From: Vineibacter sp.
GTDB lineage: Bacteria; Pseudomonadota; Alphaproteobacteria; Reyranellales; Reyranellaceae
Reading direction: 5' to 3'
DNA: 64,000 nt
Assembly (NCBI GenBank): GCA_035249115.1
Contig: DATFGV010000359.1
Span: 6,035 to 70,034 of the forward strand
Shown: piece after piece, positions 31,934-41,210 of the stretch
How positions within the stretch are numbered: the first letter of the stretch is position 1
How the letters are laid out: each line of letters opens with the position of its first letter
Program-made: the position numbers and the translations under genes
The notes under the pieces: model-generated
Seen by the model: only the letters and a program-made list of their open reading frames with translations
Told to the model about the DNA's origin: nothing
The model's database searches: none

Positions 31934-32668
31934 ATGAAAGCGATCCTGCTGAGCGCCGGCCAGGGCTCGCGGCTGGCGCCGCTGACCGCCGACCGACCGA
32001 AATGCCTTTTGCAAGTCGGGCCGAAGACCCTGATCGACTGGCAACTCGACACTTTGAAGCTCTGCGGCATCGACGACGTTGCGGTGGTCACCGGCTTCCA
32101 GGCCGAGATGATGGAACAACACCTCGCCCGCCACGACGCGCCCGGTTTTCGCGTTCGGCCGCTGTTCAACCCGTTCTACAAGGTCGCCGACAATCTGGGC
32201 TCGTGCTGGATGGCCCGCGCCGAAATGGGCACCGACTTCCTGATCGTCAACGGCGATACGCTGTTTGAGGCCGACATCCCCCGCCGCGTGCTGGGCAGCC
32301 CGGCCGCGGCCGTCACCATCACCATCGACCGCAAGCCGGCCTACGACGAGGACGACATGAAGATCGTCGAAGAGGACGGCAGGCTGAAGGCGGTCGGCAA
32401 GCGGCTGCCGCTGGACGCCGTCAACGGCGAATCGATCGGCATGCTGCTGTTCCGCGGCGAAGGGCCCAAGCTGTTCGTCGACACCGTCGAGGCGATGATG
32501 CGCACGCCGGACGGCGCCAAGGTCTGGTATCTGCAGGCAATCGACAGGATGGCCCGCACCGGCGTGGTGCGCACCTGCCTGATCCATGGCCTGCGCTGGG
32601 GCGAGGTCGACTTTCCGCCCGATCTCGACCGCGCCCGCGCCATGGTGGCGGCGTGGGAGCGTGCATAA
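31934..32668 (+). CDS. LicC-like phosphocholine/sugar-phosphate cytidylyltransferase
   Basis: AILLSAGQGSRL.PLT..RPKCL, NGD, DDMK, GESIG, WGEVD. Confidence 0.82.
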   Translation: MKAILLSAGQGSRLAPLTADRPKCLLQVGPKTLIDWQLDTLKLCGIDDVAVVTGFQAEMMEQHLARHDAPGFRVRPLFNPFYKVADNLGSCWMARAEMGTDFLIVNGDTLFEADIPRRVLGSPAAAVTITIDRKPAYDEDDMKIVEEDGRLKAVGKRLPLDAVNGESIGMLLFRGEGPKLFVDTVEAMMRTPDGAKVWYLQAIDRMARTGVVRTCLIHGLRWGEVDFPPDLDRARAMVAAWERA

Positions 32669-32676
32669 CATTGCTG

Positions 32677-33150
32677 TCAGGCCAGTTCCTTGGCCATCAC
32701 CGTGACCTCCTCGCCGCGATAGGCGCGTTGCTCAAGGGCCCGCCATCCGAGTCCGGCATAGAGTTGCGGCGCGGAGGCGGTGAACAGGTAGAGTCGACGG
32801 TAGCCAAACCTCCTGGCCAAGCCTTCGATCGCACCGACCAACTGCGATCCCAGCCCGGCGCGGCGCGCCTCGGGCGGCACATAGACGCTGGCCAGCCAGG
32901 GATTGCGCGGATCGCCCTTCAGGTCGTCGAAGATCAGGCTGGCCATGCCGACCACCACGCCCGTCCGGTCCAGCGCCACGACGATGATCGGCGGACGATC
33001 GGTCCTCGTCGAGGCGCAGACCCGCGCCAGGCGATCGTCAAGCGTCGCGCCCAGTGCCAGATGGCCCCATTCGCCGAAGCCCCAGCGCGCCACGGTCAGG
33101 ATCAGGTCTGGCCGCTCTGCCAGTGGCACGATACGCAGTCCCTGGCTCAC
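32677..33150 (-). CDS. GNAT N-acetyltransferase
   Basis: PWLASVYV..EARRAGLGSQL, LYLFT, LY..LGW. Confidence 0.85.
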   Translation of the reverse strand: MSQGLRIVPLAERPDLILTVARWGFGEWGHLALGATLDDRLARVCASTRTDRPPIIVVALDRTGVVVGMASLIFDDLKGDPRNPWLASVYVPPEARRAGLGSQLVGAIEGLARRFGYRRLYLFTASAPQLYAGLGWRALEQRAYRGEEVTVMAKELA

Positions 33151-33250
33151 AGCTTGCGAATCCTCTTTCAGTTCGACTTGCCTGCTCCCGACGCGCCAAC
33201 GGAGAATGCACCGGCACGAACAAGCTTCAAGGCGAGGGAGGTTGACGGCA

Positions 33251-33955
33251 ATGACACCGGACGCGGAACAGATGGCAACGCTTCGCTCCTACGCCTTGCG
33301 CCTGATCGACGCCAACGTGCCCTTCACCCGCAACGACCCGCAGTACAAGGAAATCGTCGAGTCGACCGGCTGGCGCAAGACGCCCGACAACCCCGGCACC
33401 ACCTGCGGCTTCCTCTGTCACTGGCTGATGTGGAAGCTCGGAGTCGGCGACCCCAAGATCCTCAACTGGACCGACGAGAAGCGGAAGACCAAGTGGAAGA
33501 TCGGCGAGAACATCAACCGGATCTGGAACAAGGGCCAGATGCCGTTCAAGCAGCTCGCCGAACCCTATGCCCCGCCCTCGAAGAAGAACCCCACGCTCAA
33601 CATGCTTGAGTTCGGCGCCTCCATGGGAATCGGCGGCCCGCAGGCCGGCGACAGCGTGTTCATCCGCGAGCCCGGCGGATCGCCTGGATCGGAGCATGTT
33701 TTTGTCTTTCTGCGCGCCCGCAAGACGTCGGCAGGCCTGGTGTGGGACACGGCCGAGGCCGGCCAGGACCATGGCACCGACGCCAGGCTGAAGACACGCG
33801 ACGTCCAGCTGACCGGCAATTTCCACGGCTATACCAAGATCACCGGCAACAATCCGATCCGCACCATCATCGGCTGGCTCGACCTGTCGCAGGTCGAGTA
33901 CGACCCCGCCGGCCTGGACGGCGCTCTGACGGCGGCAGCCACCTTCAAGGCGTGA
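33251..33955 (+). CDS. Hypothetical protein with a CHAP/NlpC-P60-like Cys-His-Glu pattern
   Basis: AGGGAG upstream, host-like codon bias; TCGFLCHW...PQAGDSVFI...HVFVF...TAEAGQ. Confidence 0.6.
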   Translation: MTPDAEQMATLRSYALRLIDANVPFTRNDPQYKEIVESTGWRKTPDNPGTTCGFLCHWLMWKLGVGDPKILNWTDEKRKTKWKIGENINRIWNKGQMPFKQLAEPYAPPSKKNPTLNMLEFGASMGIGGPQAGDSVFIREPGGSPGSEHVFVFLRARKTSAGLVWDTAEAGQDHGTDARLKTRDVQLTGNFHGYTKITGNNPIRTIIGWLDLSQVEYDPAGLDGALTAAATFKA

Positions 33956-34093
33956 GCGCGGCCATCCGCGCCGCGCTTCTGGTGGCGTCGCTTCACGGCG
34001 CCCGGACGCGGTGCTAGCGTCGGCGCCGGTCCGGTGCGTTCAAAACCGGCATCGAACAGCCGTTGATACCCGTCACTCGAGGAGCGCCCGCCG

Positions 34094-35185
34094 ATGAAAG
34101 CCGCCGTACTGCACGAGGTCAACAAGCCGCTGGTCATCGAGGACGTGGGCGTCCGCAAGCCAGGGCCGCGCGAAGTGCTGATCCGCACCGCCTGCGCCGG
34201 GCTGTGCCACTCCGATCTCCACTTCATGGAAGGTCTCTACCCGCATCCGCTGCCGGCGGTGCTCGGGCACGAATCTGCCGGTATCGTCGAGGAGGTCGGT
34301 TCCGACGTCACCTACGTCAAGAAAGGCGACCACGTCGTCACCTGCCTGTCGGTGTTCTGCGGCATCTGCGAGCAGTGCACCTCGGGGCGGCCGGCGATCT
34401 GCACCAATACCGAGGTCAAGCTGCCGCCCGGCGTGTCGCAACGCATGACTTGGAGCAAGCCTGGGCAGCTGCATCAGTTCATCAACATGTCGTCGTTCGC
34501 CGAGCAAATGCTGGTGCACGAGAATGCCATCGTGAAAGTGCGCGAGGACATGCCGCTCGACCGCGCGGCGCTGATCGGCTGCGGCGTCGTCACCGGCACT
34601 GGCGCGGTGTTCAACACCGCCAAGGTGGCGCCGGGCGAGACCGTCGTGGTGATCGGCTGCGGCGGCATCGGCATGGCGGCGATCAATGGTGCAGCGATCG
34701 TCGGTGCCGGCCGCATCATTGCCGTCGACAACAACCCGGTGAAGCTGCAGCTCGCCACCAAGCTCGGCGCCACCGACATCGTCGACACCCGCAACGGTGA
34801 TCCGGTCGAGCAGGTCAAGCAGCTGACCAAGGGCCAGGTGCATCACACCTTCGAGGCGGTCGGCGCCAAGATCACGGCCGAACAGGCGTTCCAGATGCTG
34901 GGCCCAGGTGGCGTCGCGACCATCATCGGCATGATCCCATTCGGCACCAAGATCGAGCTGCACGGCTTCGATTTCCTGCGCGGCGAGAAGCGTATCCAGG
35001 GATCGTCGATGGGATCGAACCGGTTCCGCACCGACATGCCGCGGCTGGTCGATCACTACCTCAAGGGCCGCCTGCACCTCGACGACTGGATCTCGGCCCG
35101 GATCAAGCTCTCGGAGATCAACGAGGGTTTCGCGAACATGAAAGCCGGCAAGGTGCTGCGCTCTGTGATCATGTTCGACGCGTGA
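34094..35185 (+). CDS. Zn-dependent alcohol dehydrogenase (class III-like)
   Basis: CHSD, GHE, CGICEQC, GCGGIG. Confidence 0.92.
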   Translation: MKAAVLHEVNKPLVIEDVGVRKPGPREVLIRTACAGLCHSDLHFMEGLYPHPLPAVLGHESAGIVEEVGSDVTYVKKGDHVVTCLSVFCGICEQCTSGRPAICTNTEVKLPPGVSQRMTWSKPGQLHQFINMSSFAEQMLVHENAIVKVREDMPLDRAALIGCGVVTGTGAVFNTAKVAPGETVVVIGCGGIGMAAINGAAIVGAGRIIAVDNNPVKLQLATKLGATDIVDTRNGDPVEQVKQLTKGQVHHTFEAVGAKITAEQAFQMLGPGGVATIIGMIPFGTKIELHGFDFLRGEKRIQGSSMGSNRFRTDMPRLVDHYLKGRLHLDDWISARIKLSEINEGFANMKAGKVLRSVIMFDA

Positions 35186-35206
35186 GGGGTTGGCTGTGGC
35201 ACACGA

Positions 35207-35361
35207 ACCTCTCCCTGACGGGGAGAGGTCGGGCCGCGAAGCGGACCGGGTGAGGGGGCGCCGCCGCAAACGCGATGCGTCGACCGAAGCACCGATGATT
35301 GCCGCAGCGCCCCCTCACCCGCCGCGCTTGCGCGCGTCGACCTCTCCCGCTGGGGAGAGGT
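35207..35361. repeat. Inverted doublet of an alphaproteobacterial REP/RIME-like element
   Basis: ACCTCTCCC-N-GGGAGAGGT...GGGTGAGGGGGCGC and inverted GCGCCCCCTCACCC...ACCTCTCCC-N-GGGAGAGGT between convergent genes. Confidence 0.75.
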
Positions 35362-35368
35362 GGTCTAC

Positions 35369-37087
35369 CTACTGCGCCGCGTGGGCGAGATTTGCGCCGG
35401 AAGACGGGTTGAACCGGTCGAGCACGGCGCCTGGCCCCTTGGCGTGGCGCACGTAGTCGCGCCCGTCGAACGTCTTGACCCCGTTGCAGTAGACGCCGTG
35501 CACGCCGGTCGGCCGGCGGATTGTGCGCCGTCCGCCGCCGGGCAGGTCGGCCAGCCGCTCGGCCGGCGTGACGCCGACGGTCGCCGGGTCGAATAGCAGC
35601 AGGTCGGCGTACGCGCCTATCGCGATGCGGCCGCGGTCGGGAATGCCGTAGAGGTCGGCCGGATGGCTGGTCAGCCGCCGCGCCCCCTCGGCCAGGTCGA
35701 AGTCGCCGCGTTCGCGCACCCAGCGCGCCAGGAAATGCAGACCGAAGCCGGCGTCGCACATGTAGATCAGGTGCGCGCCGGCGTCGGACAGCGCCACGAC
35801 ACCCGCCTCGTGCTTCAGGAGCCGGGCGACGCCGTCGTCGCCGACATTGAGGAACTTGCCCAGAAAGGCCGTCTCGAGCTGTTCGTCGAGGCTGAGGTCA
35901 AGCACGACGTCGAGCGGATCGCGCCCTTCGGCGGCGGCGATCTCGGTGACCAGCCGGTTGACGTAACGCGCATTGGCTGGCTTGCGGGTTACTGCCACCA
36001 TGACCCGTTCCCAGTTGCCCTGGAAGATCATGCCCGGCCGTGGCTGACGGAGGTTGTCGCGGAAGCTGGCGCGCCACGACGGGTCACGAAATACCGCCGT
36101 TAGCTGCTCGGGCGTGTAGGCCTTGATCGGATCGAAAGCGGCGTGGCTGTAGAATGGATAGGCGTTCGCCATCGTGAAGTCGAACGACAGCGGCTGGCAG
36201 GGAATCTGCACATAGAGGCCGTTGCCGCGCCGCTGCGCCGCCGTGCAAGCCTCGAAGATGCCGATCGCGCGGTCCGGCGCCTGGTCGTTGTACATCGCGA
36301 CGCCGGTGCCTTGGAACATCGGCCGACCGTGCCGGGCGACCAGCGGCTCCAGCTCCGCCGGTGTCTTGGCACCGGACGCGATCTCCACCACGCCGCGGCC
36401 GCGTGGCCCCATGGCGCCGATCAGGGCGTCGAGCTCCGACAGGTCGGTGATGGTCGACGGCATGGGCACGCCGCCGTAGCCGGAGTGGTTCAACGAATAG
36501 GACGCGCCCAGGCCAATGGCGCCCTGCGCCATCGCATCGGCGACATATGCCTTCATGCATGCCAGCTCCTCCGGCGTCGCCTGTTTGCGTTCGGAGGCCG
36601 CCTCGCCCATCACCGCGGTGCGGATCACGGAGTGGCCGGCCAGCACCGCGACGTTGGCGTAGGCGCCGCGCCGGCGCAGCGCCGCCATGTAGTCGCCGAA
36701 ACTCTCGAACGACCAGTTGATGCCGGCCCGCAGAGCGTCGAGGTCCATGCCTTCGACCACCGACAGGTTTCGCATGATCAGGTCGCGCGCCGCGGGCGGC
36801 GCCGGCACGATGCCGAAACCGCAATTGCCCATCACCGCCGTGGTCACACCCAGCGACGGCGAAGGCGACAGAGTCGCATCCCAAGTGATCTGTGCGTCGT
36901 AGTGCGTGTGCACGTCGACGATGCCGGGCATCAGGGCGAGGCCGCCGCCATCGACCACCTCACATGCCGGCCCTTTGGCCTCGCCGATGGCGGCGATGCG
37001 CCCGTCCCGCACCACCACGTCGGCCTGATATGGCGCGTGGCCCAACCCGTCGATCACCGTCGCACCGCGGATCAGCAGATCGTCCAT
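35369..37087 (-). CDS. N-acyl-D-amino-acid deacylase family amidohydrolase
   Basis: PGIVDVHTHYD, GNCG, SDAGAH, ADLLLFD. Confidence 0.88.
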   Translation of the reverse strand: MDDLLIRGATVIDGLGHAPYQADVVVRDGRIAAIGEAKGPACEVVDGGGLALMPGIVDVHTHYDAQITWDATLSPSPSLGVTTAVMGNCGFGIVPAPPAARDLIMRNLSVVEGMDLDALRAGINWSFESFGDYMAALRRRGAYANVAVLAGHSVIRTAVMGEAASERKQATPEELACMKAYVADAMAQGAIGLGASYSLNHSGYGGVPMPSTITDLSELDALIGAMGPRGRGVVEIASGAKTPAELEPLVARHGRPMFQGTGVAMYNDQAPDRAIGIFEACTAAQRRGNGLYVQIPCQPLSFDFTMANAYPFYSHAAFDPIKAYTPEQLTAVFRDPSWRASFRDNLRQPRPGMIFQGNWERVMVAVTRKPANARYVNRLVTEIAAAEGRDPLDVVLDLSLDEQLETAFLGKFLNVGDDGVARLLKHEAGVVALSDAGAHLIYMCDAGFGLHFLARWVRERGDFDLAEGARRLTSHPADLYGIPDRGRIAIGAYADLLLFDPATVGVTPAERLADLPGGGRRTIRRPTGVHGVYCNGVKTFDGRDYVRHAKGPGAVLDRFNPSSGANLAHAAQ

Positions 37088-37171
37088 CGTCGTCTCCTCC
37101 GATCCAGGCACCGCCCCGTTCGATCAGCTTCCGTCGAAAGGAATTCGGTGTCGCGCCCGCCGGCGCCGACC

Positions 37172-37957
37172 CTACTGCTTGAGGCCGCGGAGGAACTGCA
37201 CCCGCGTGCGCCCCGCTTCCATCAGGAAGCTGAAATCGCTGCCGGCCAACACGAAGCGTGCCCCCATGCAGATGTACTTCTCCATCAGCGGCGGCACGTA
37301 GACGCCGCCCATGCCGGCCCACTTGCCGTGCTTGCGGCAGGCGGCGATCACGGCGGCATACGCCTTCTCCACCTCCGGTGTGCCGAGCTGGCCCGGCATG
37401 CCCAATTCGGTGGTCAGGTCGTTGGTGCCGATCAGTAGCGAGTCGATGCCAGGCACGGCGGCGATCGCGTCGGCATTGGCGATCGCCTGCGGCGTCTCGA
37501 GCATCACCACGACCAATACCGCGTCGTTGACCGCCTTGGTCGCCTCGGCCGGCGGGACGGCCTGGAAGGCGATCTGCGGCATGGCACCGGCCACCGAACG
37601 GTGACCGACTGGCGGATAGCGCAACCGGTCGGCGACCACCCGCGCCTCTTCGGCGGTGTCGACATGCGGCACGACGATGCCCATGGCGCCGCCATCGAGC
37701 ACGCGGGTCGCCATGTCGAACTGGCCGTAGGGCACGCGCACGATCGGCGCAATGCCGTAGCCGTTGGCGGCGACGGCGATCTGCACCGCCATGTCGACCG
37801 TCATGGAATTGTGCTCCAGGTCGATGAACAACCAGTCGAAGCCGCAGCTTTTCATCGCCGGCGCGATGTCGGTGGTGCGCGCCTGGCGCAGGCCGACGCC
37901 CAGTGCCACCTCGTTGCGCTTCAGCCGCTCGCGCGCCGAATTCAGCAGGTCGACCAC
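37172..37957 (-). CDS. HpcH/HpaI aldolase family protein
   Basis: FIDLEH, LDGGA.G..VPH, RYPPVGHR, MLET, GTNDL; GTG start after GGAGG. Confidence 0.88.
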   Translation of the reverse strand: MVDLLNSARERLKRNEVALGVGLRQARTTDIAPAMKSCGFDWLFIDLEHNSMTVDMAVQIAVAANGYGIAPIVRVPYGQFDMATRVLDGGAMGIVVPHVDTAEEARVVADRLRYPPVGHRSVAGAMPQIAFQAVPPAEATKAVNDAVLVVVMLETPQAIANADAIAAVPGIDSLLIGTNDLTTELGMPGQLGTPEVEKAYAAVIAACRKHGKWAGMGGVYVPPLMEKYICMGARFVLAGSDFSFLMEAGRTRVQFLRGLKQ

Positions 37958-38080
37958 TTGTTCCTCCCTTTCAGTCCGTTCGCGCCATTGCACGTTGCCG
38001 TTGCTTTTCAGTGTCGCGGCGCCGACCGGTGCCGGCAACCGGCCGGCCGCACAACCCAGCCCGGCCGCCGGCACATGGTG

Positions 38081-38869
38081 TCAGCGCCGTGCGAGGATAC
38101 GTTCGACCTGCGCCAGGTCCGACGGCTTGTCGACGTCGATCGCCGCCTCGGGCTGCGGCAGCACCACCGGCACGCCGCGCACGCCGGCGACGCGCGACAG
38201 TTCGCGGAAGGCGGCGTCGAGGTCCAGCCGGCCGAGAGCGTAGCGCAACAAGGGCAAGGCGCCGATGCGCCAGGCAATGCGCCAAGGCGTCTTGCGGTGG
38301 CGCTCCATCTGCACCCAGAACGCCACGGCCTTGGCCGCCTGCGGCCCGGCAAAGGCAAACAGGTTGCAACCGGAGTAGCCCTCACCGCCAAGCCGGATGT
38401 AGGTCCGCACCGACTCCGGATAGCGGGCCTGGATCGCGGTGCGCGTCGCAAGCCCGACGGCGACATCGGCTTCAGCCGGCACGCCAGCCAGGAAGCGCTC
38501 GACGATGTCGGCGGTGAGCAGCGCATGATCGCTGGTCGTGACCAGCAACGGGAATGCGTCGGGCAGCGCCCGGATCGCGGCTGCGACCGTCAATGCCGGC
38601 GACGCCTCGGTCGACAGCTGCGCGATCTCCTGACGCGCCACGGCGGTCGCAAGGTCCGGCAGCGACTCGATGATCGCGCGATCCTGAAGCGCCAGCGCGA
38701 TTCGCCCGACCGAAGGGCTGGCCCGCAATGCGTCAAGCACGCGTAGCAGCATCGGTCGGCCGGCGACCGGCGCCAGCGCCTTGTGCGCGACACCGGCCGC
38801 CTGCGCCACCGGATCGACCGCGCCGCGGCTGCCGGCCAGCACCAGGGCGGTGAAACGGCGGGCGGTCAT
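38081..38869 (-). CDS. MobA-like NTP transferase, candidate CpgD-like cytidylyltransferase
   Basis: LVLAGSRG..D......HKAL..V.G.PM, TSDH, SGCNLF, IDVDK; next to bCerS-like gene. Confidence 0.75.
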   Translation of the reverse strand: MTARRFTALVLAGSRGAVDPVAQAAGVAHKALAPVAGRPMLLRVLDALRASPSVGRIALALQDRAIIESLPDLATAVARQEIAQLSTEASPALTVAAAIRALPDAFPLLVTTSDHALLTADIVERFLAGVPAEADVAVGLATRTAIQARYPESVRTYIRLGGEGYSGCNLFAFAGPQAAKAVAFWVQMERHRKTPWRIAWRIGALPLLRYALGRLDLDAAFRELSRVAGVRGVPVVLPQPEAAIDVDKPSDLAQVERILARR

Positions 38870-38873
38870 AGTC

Positions 38874-39010
38874 CCTTCCCCCGCAGGGGGAAGGTGGCGC
38901 GCAGCGCTGGAAGGGGGATGTTGCCGCACAGTAGATGTCGACCAAGAAGGACGAGGATGGTCAAAAATCCCCGTTCCGCCCCTCGGGCACCTTCCCCCTC
39001 CGGGAGAAGG
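38874..39010. repeat. Inverted doublet of a REP/RIME-like element
   Basis: CCTTCCCCCGCAGGGGGAAGG...GGGGAT and ATCCCC...CACCTTCCCCCTCCGGGAGAAGG. Confidence 0.65.
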
Positions 39011-39023
39011 TTGATGTCTCCCC

Positions 39024-40178
39024 TCACCCCAGCGCCTTCTCGTAGATGCGGTGCCGCTTGTAGATGCGGGCGCCGACGCTGCGGATGATGTTGTTGGTGG
39101 CCTTGTTGTCCTCGAGGATCCAGCCCAGCTCGGCGTAGCGCATGCCGATGCGCTTGCCGTTCTCGCGCAACGCGTCGATCGCCATCATCGCCAGCCCGGC
39201 GCCGAGCAGTGGATGATTGCGGAATTTCTTGCGCACGCCCATCAGCGGCACGCGCGCAGTGCGCGGCTTGTCGAGCAGCAGCCGGTAGGCCAGTTTCGCC
39301 CAGCCGAACGGCAGCAGCCTGCCATCCAGATCGCGCAGCGCCTCGTTAAGGTTGGCCAGCGCCAGGATGAAGGCGACGGTCTCGCCATCGACGTCGACGA
39401 AGATCGCGAGATCGCGGATCACGACCGGTTTCAGGGTCTTGGCGGCGACCGCGATCTCGGCCTGGGTGAAGGGCACGAAGCCCCAGTTGTCGGACCAGGC
39501 GTCGTTGAAGATGTCGACCAGGGTGCGGACTTCGGCATCAAAGCGTTTCATGTCGACGCTGCGCACCTTGACCCGGCCCGCCAGCCCGCCGCGCTCGATC
39601 AGCTTTCGGCCGATGGTCGGCGCTGCATTCTGGACGTCGTAGTCGTAGGACACCACGTCCTTGACCTTGGCGTAGCCCTGCGCCTCGACACGGGCGGCGG
39701 CATAGGCCGGATGGTACGGCACCAGCAGCATCGAGCGCTCGGCGAAGCCTTCGATCTGCAGGCCAACCTCCTCGTTGATCGATAACGTGAACGGCCCGCG
39801 CACCCGCGACATGCCGTGCTCGCGCAGCCACGCCTCGGCGGCGGCGAAGAGCGCGGCGTAGACCGCCGGATCGTCCTCCGCGTCGAGACAACCGAACAGT
39901 CCCGTCGAATCCTCGTAGCGCTCGAGATGGGCCCGATCGACCTGCGTCGAGATCCGCCCCACGACACGATCGCTGCGCCGTGCCAGCCAAAACCGCGCGT
40001 CGGCGTGCTGGAAATACGGGTTCTTTTTGGCGTTGAAGGTGTCGCGTCGCTCCATATCAAGGTGTGGCGCGTAGCCGGGGTGGCCGGCGTAGAGGCGTTT
40101 TGGCAGGTCGATGAAGGCACGCAGCTCCCGTCCACCATCAACCGGCGTCACGCGCACCGGCCCGGCATTGTCGCTCAT
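39024..40178 (-). CDS. bcerS: Bacterial ceramide synthase-like tandem GNAT protein
   Basis: KNPYFQHA, VGRIS, GPF.LSINEE.G, IFNDAWSDNWGFVP, LPFGW, MGVRK, WILEDN; sphingolipid-cluster context. Confidence 0.72.
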   Translation of the reverse strand: MSDNAGPVRVTPVDGGRELRAFIDLPKRLYAGHPGYAPHLDMERRDTFNAKKNPYFQHADARFWLARRSDRVVGRISTQVDRAHLERYEDSTGLFGCLDAEDDPAVYAALFAAAEAWLREHGMSRVRGPFTLSINEEVGLQIEGFAERSMLLVPYHPAYAAARVEAQGYAKVKDVVSYDYDVQNAAPTIGRKLIERGGLAGRVKVRSVDMKRFDAEVRTLVDIFNDAWSDNWGFVPFTQAEIAVAAKTLKPVVIRDLAIFVDVDGETVAFILALANLNEALRDLDGRLLPFGWAKLAYRLLLDKPRTARVPLMGVRKKFRNHPLLGAGLAMMAIDALRENGKRIGMRYAELGWILEDNKATNNIIRSVGARIYKRHRIYEKALG

Positions 40179-40216
40179 GACATCTGGCCCCGAGGGCCTC
40201 GCGCGGGGCGCAAGCG

Positions 40217-41083
40217 TCACGCCGCCTTGTCGTGCGGCGCGCCTACCTGATCGGCGCCTCCGGCGCCACCGAGATCCGCGCCGATGGCTTCGGCTCCAGC
40301 GTGCGGCGTGTGCGGCCGCCAGCGCCGACCGTCGGCGCCGACCCGGATGCCGTCGGCTGACAGCGCCGCCACCCATGGATAGCGGCTGGCCATTGCCTCG
40401 TCATAGCCGAGGTTGAACACCGTTTCGCTTTTGGGCCTGTCGCGCGCCGTCTCGAAGCCGCTGCGCAGCAGACGGTCGACGACGAAGTTTGTGATGCCGT
40501 AGTTGCCGGTTTCGTTGTGGAAATGGTGCAGCAAGTGTAGCCGCTTAATTTCCTGCATCCAGACGCGCTTCGGCCGGTAGTTGAGGTGCTGGGCGCTATG
40601 GCAGAACTCGTAGAAGCAGGTGGTCAGCAACGCGCCGGCGACGCAGGCTGCAGCACCCGGCGGTCCACCGATCACCCAGCCCAGCGGCAGGGTCACCAAG
40701 GCGATGGTCGGCAAGGTCGTGTACAGCGCGCCGAACAGAACGCCGAGATTGTGCGGATCCTGGTGGTGATCGAAATGGGTGCGCTTCCACACCCGGGCGA
40801 TCAGCGGCGAGCGATAGCCCAGCTGGCTGTGCAGCACCCAGCGGTGCAGCACGTACCAGACGGCCGGGTACACCACCATCGCGGCGAGGCCGGCCAAGAC
40901 AACGCGCGCCACCTCGAGTGCCGTCCAGGACGGCATCCAGGCAACTGCCAGCACGAGGCAGACCGCGGCCAGCAGGAAGTACGCGGCGACGGCGTAGTGA
41001 GTCAGATACGCGACGACCAGATCGCGCATCGTCATGCGCGACAGGTTGTATTTGCTGCCGGCCCAGAAGCCGATTCGGATCAC
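40217..41083 (-). CDS. Fatty acid hydroxylase/sterol desaturase family (di-iron) protein
   Basis: HRWVLH, HFDHH, YEFCH...H, HLLHH histidine boxes, GNYG. Confidence 0.85.
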   Translation of the reverse strand: MIRIGFWAGSKYNLSRMTMRDLVVAYLTHYAVAAYFLLAAVCLVLAVAWMPSWTALEVARVVLAGLAAMVVYPAVWYVLHRWVLHSQLGYRSPLIARVWKRTHFDHHQDPHNLGVLFGALYTTLPTIALVTLPLGWVIGGPPGAAACVAGALLTTCFYEFCHSAQHLNYRPKRVWMQEIKRLHLLHHFHNETGNYGITNFVVDRLLRSGFETARDRPKSETVFNLGYDEAMASRYPWVAALSADGIRVGADGRRWRPHTPHAGAEAIGADLGGAGGADQVGAPHDKAA

Positions 41084-41210
41084 ACTCAACTCCAGAGACG
41101 CCGGCGTCGCAAAGGGTTCGCGACCGCCGCAATTGGCTAGACAAGGCCAATCTAAGCGCCGGCCGACACAGCCTCAAGCGCGGCGCCGGCCAAAACCCTG
41201 TAACAGGCTG

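Noticed and set aside
35207-35361. CRISPR array or IS ends
   Set aside because: Only two inverted units, with no spacers, cas genes or transposase; fits REP-like elements
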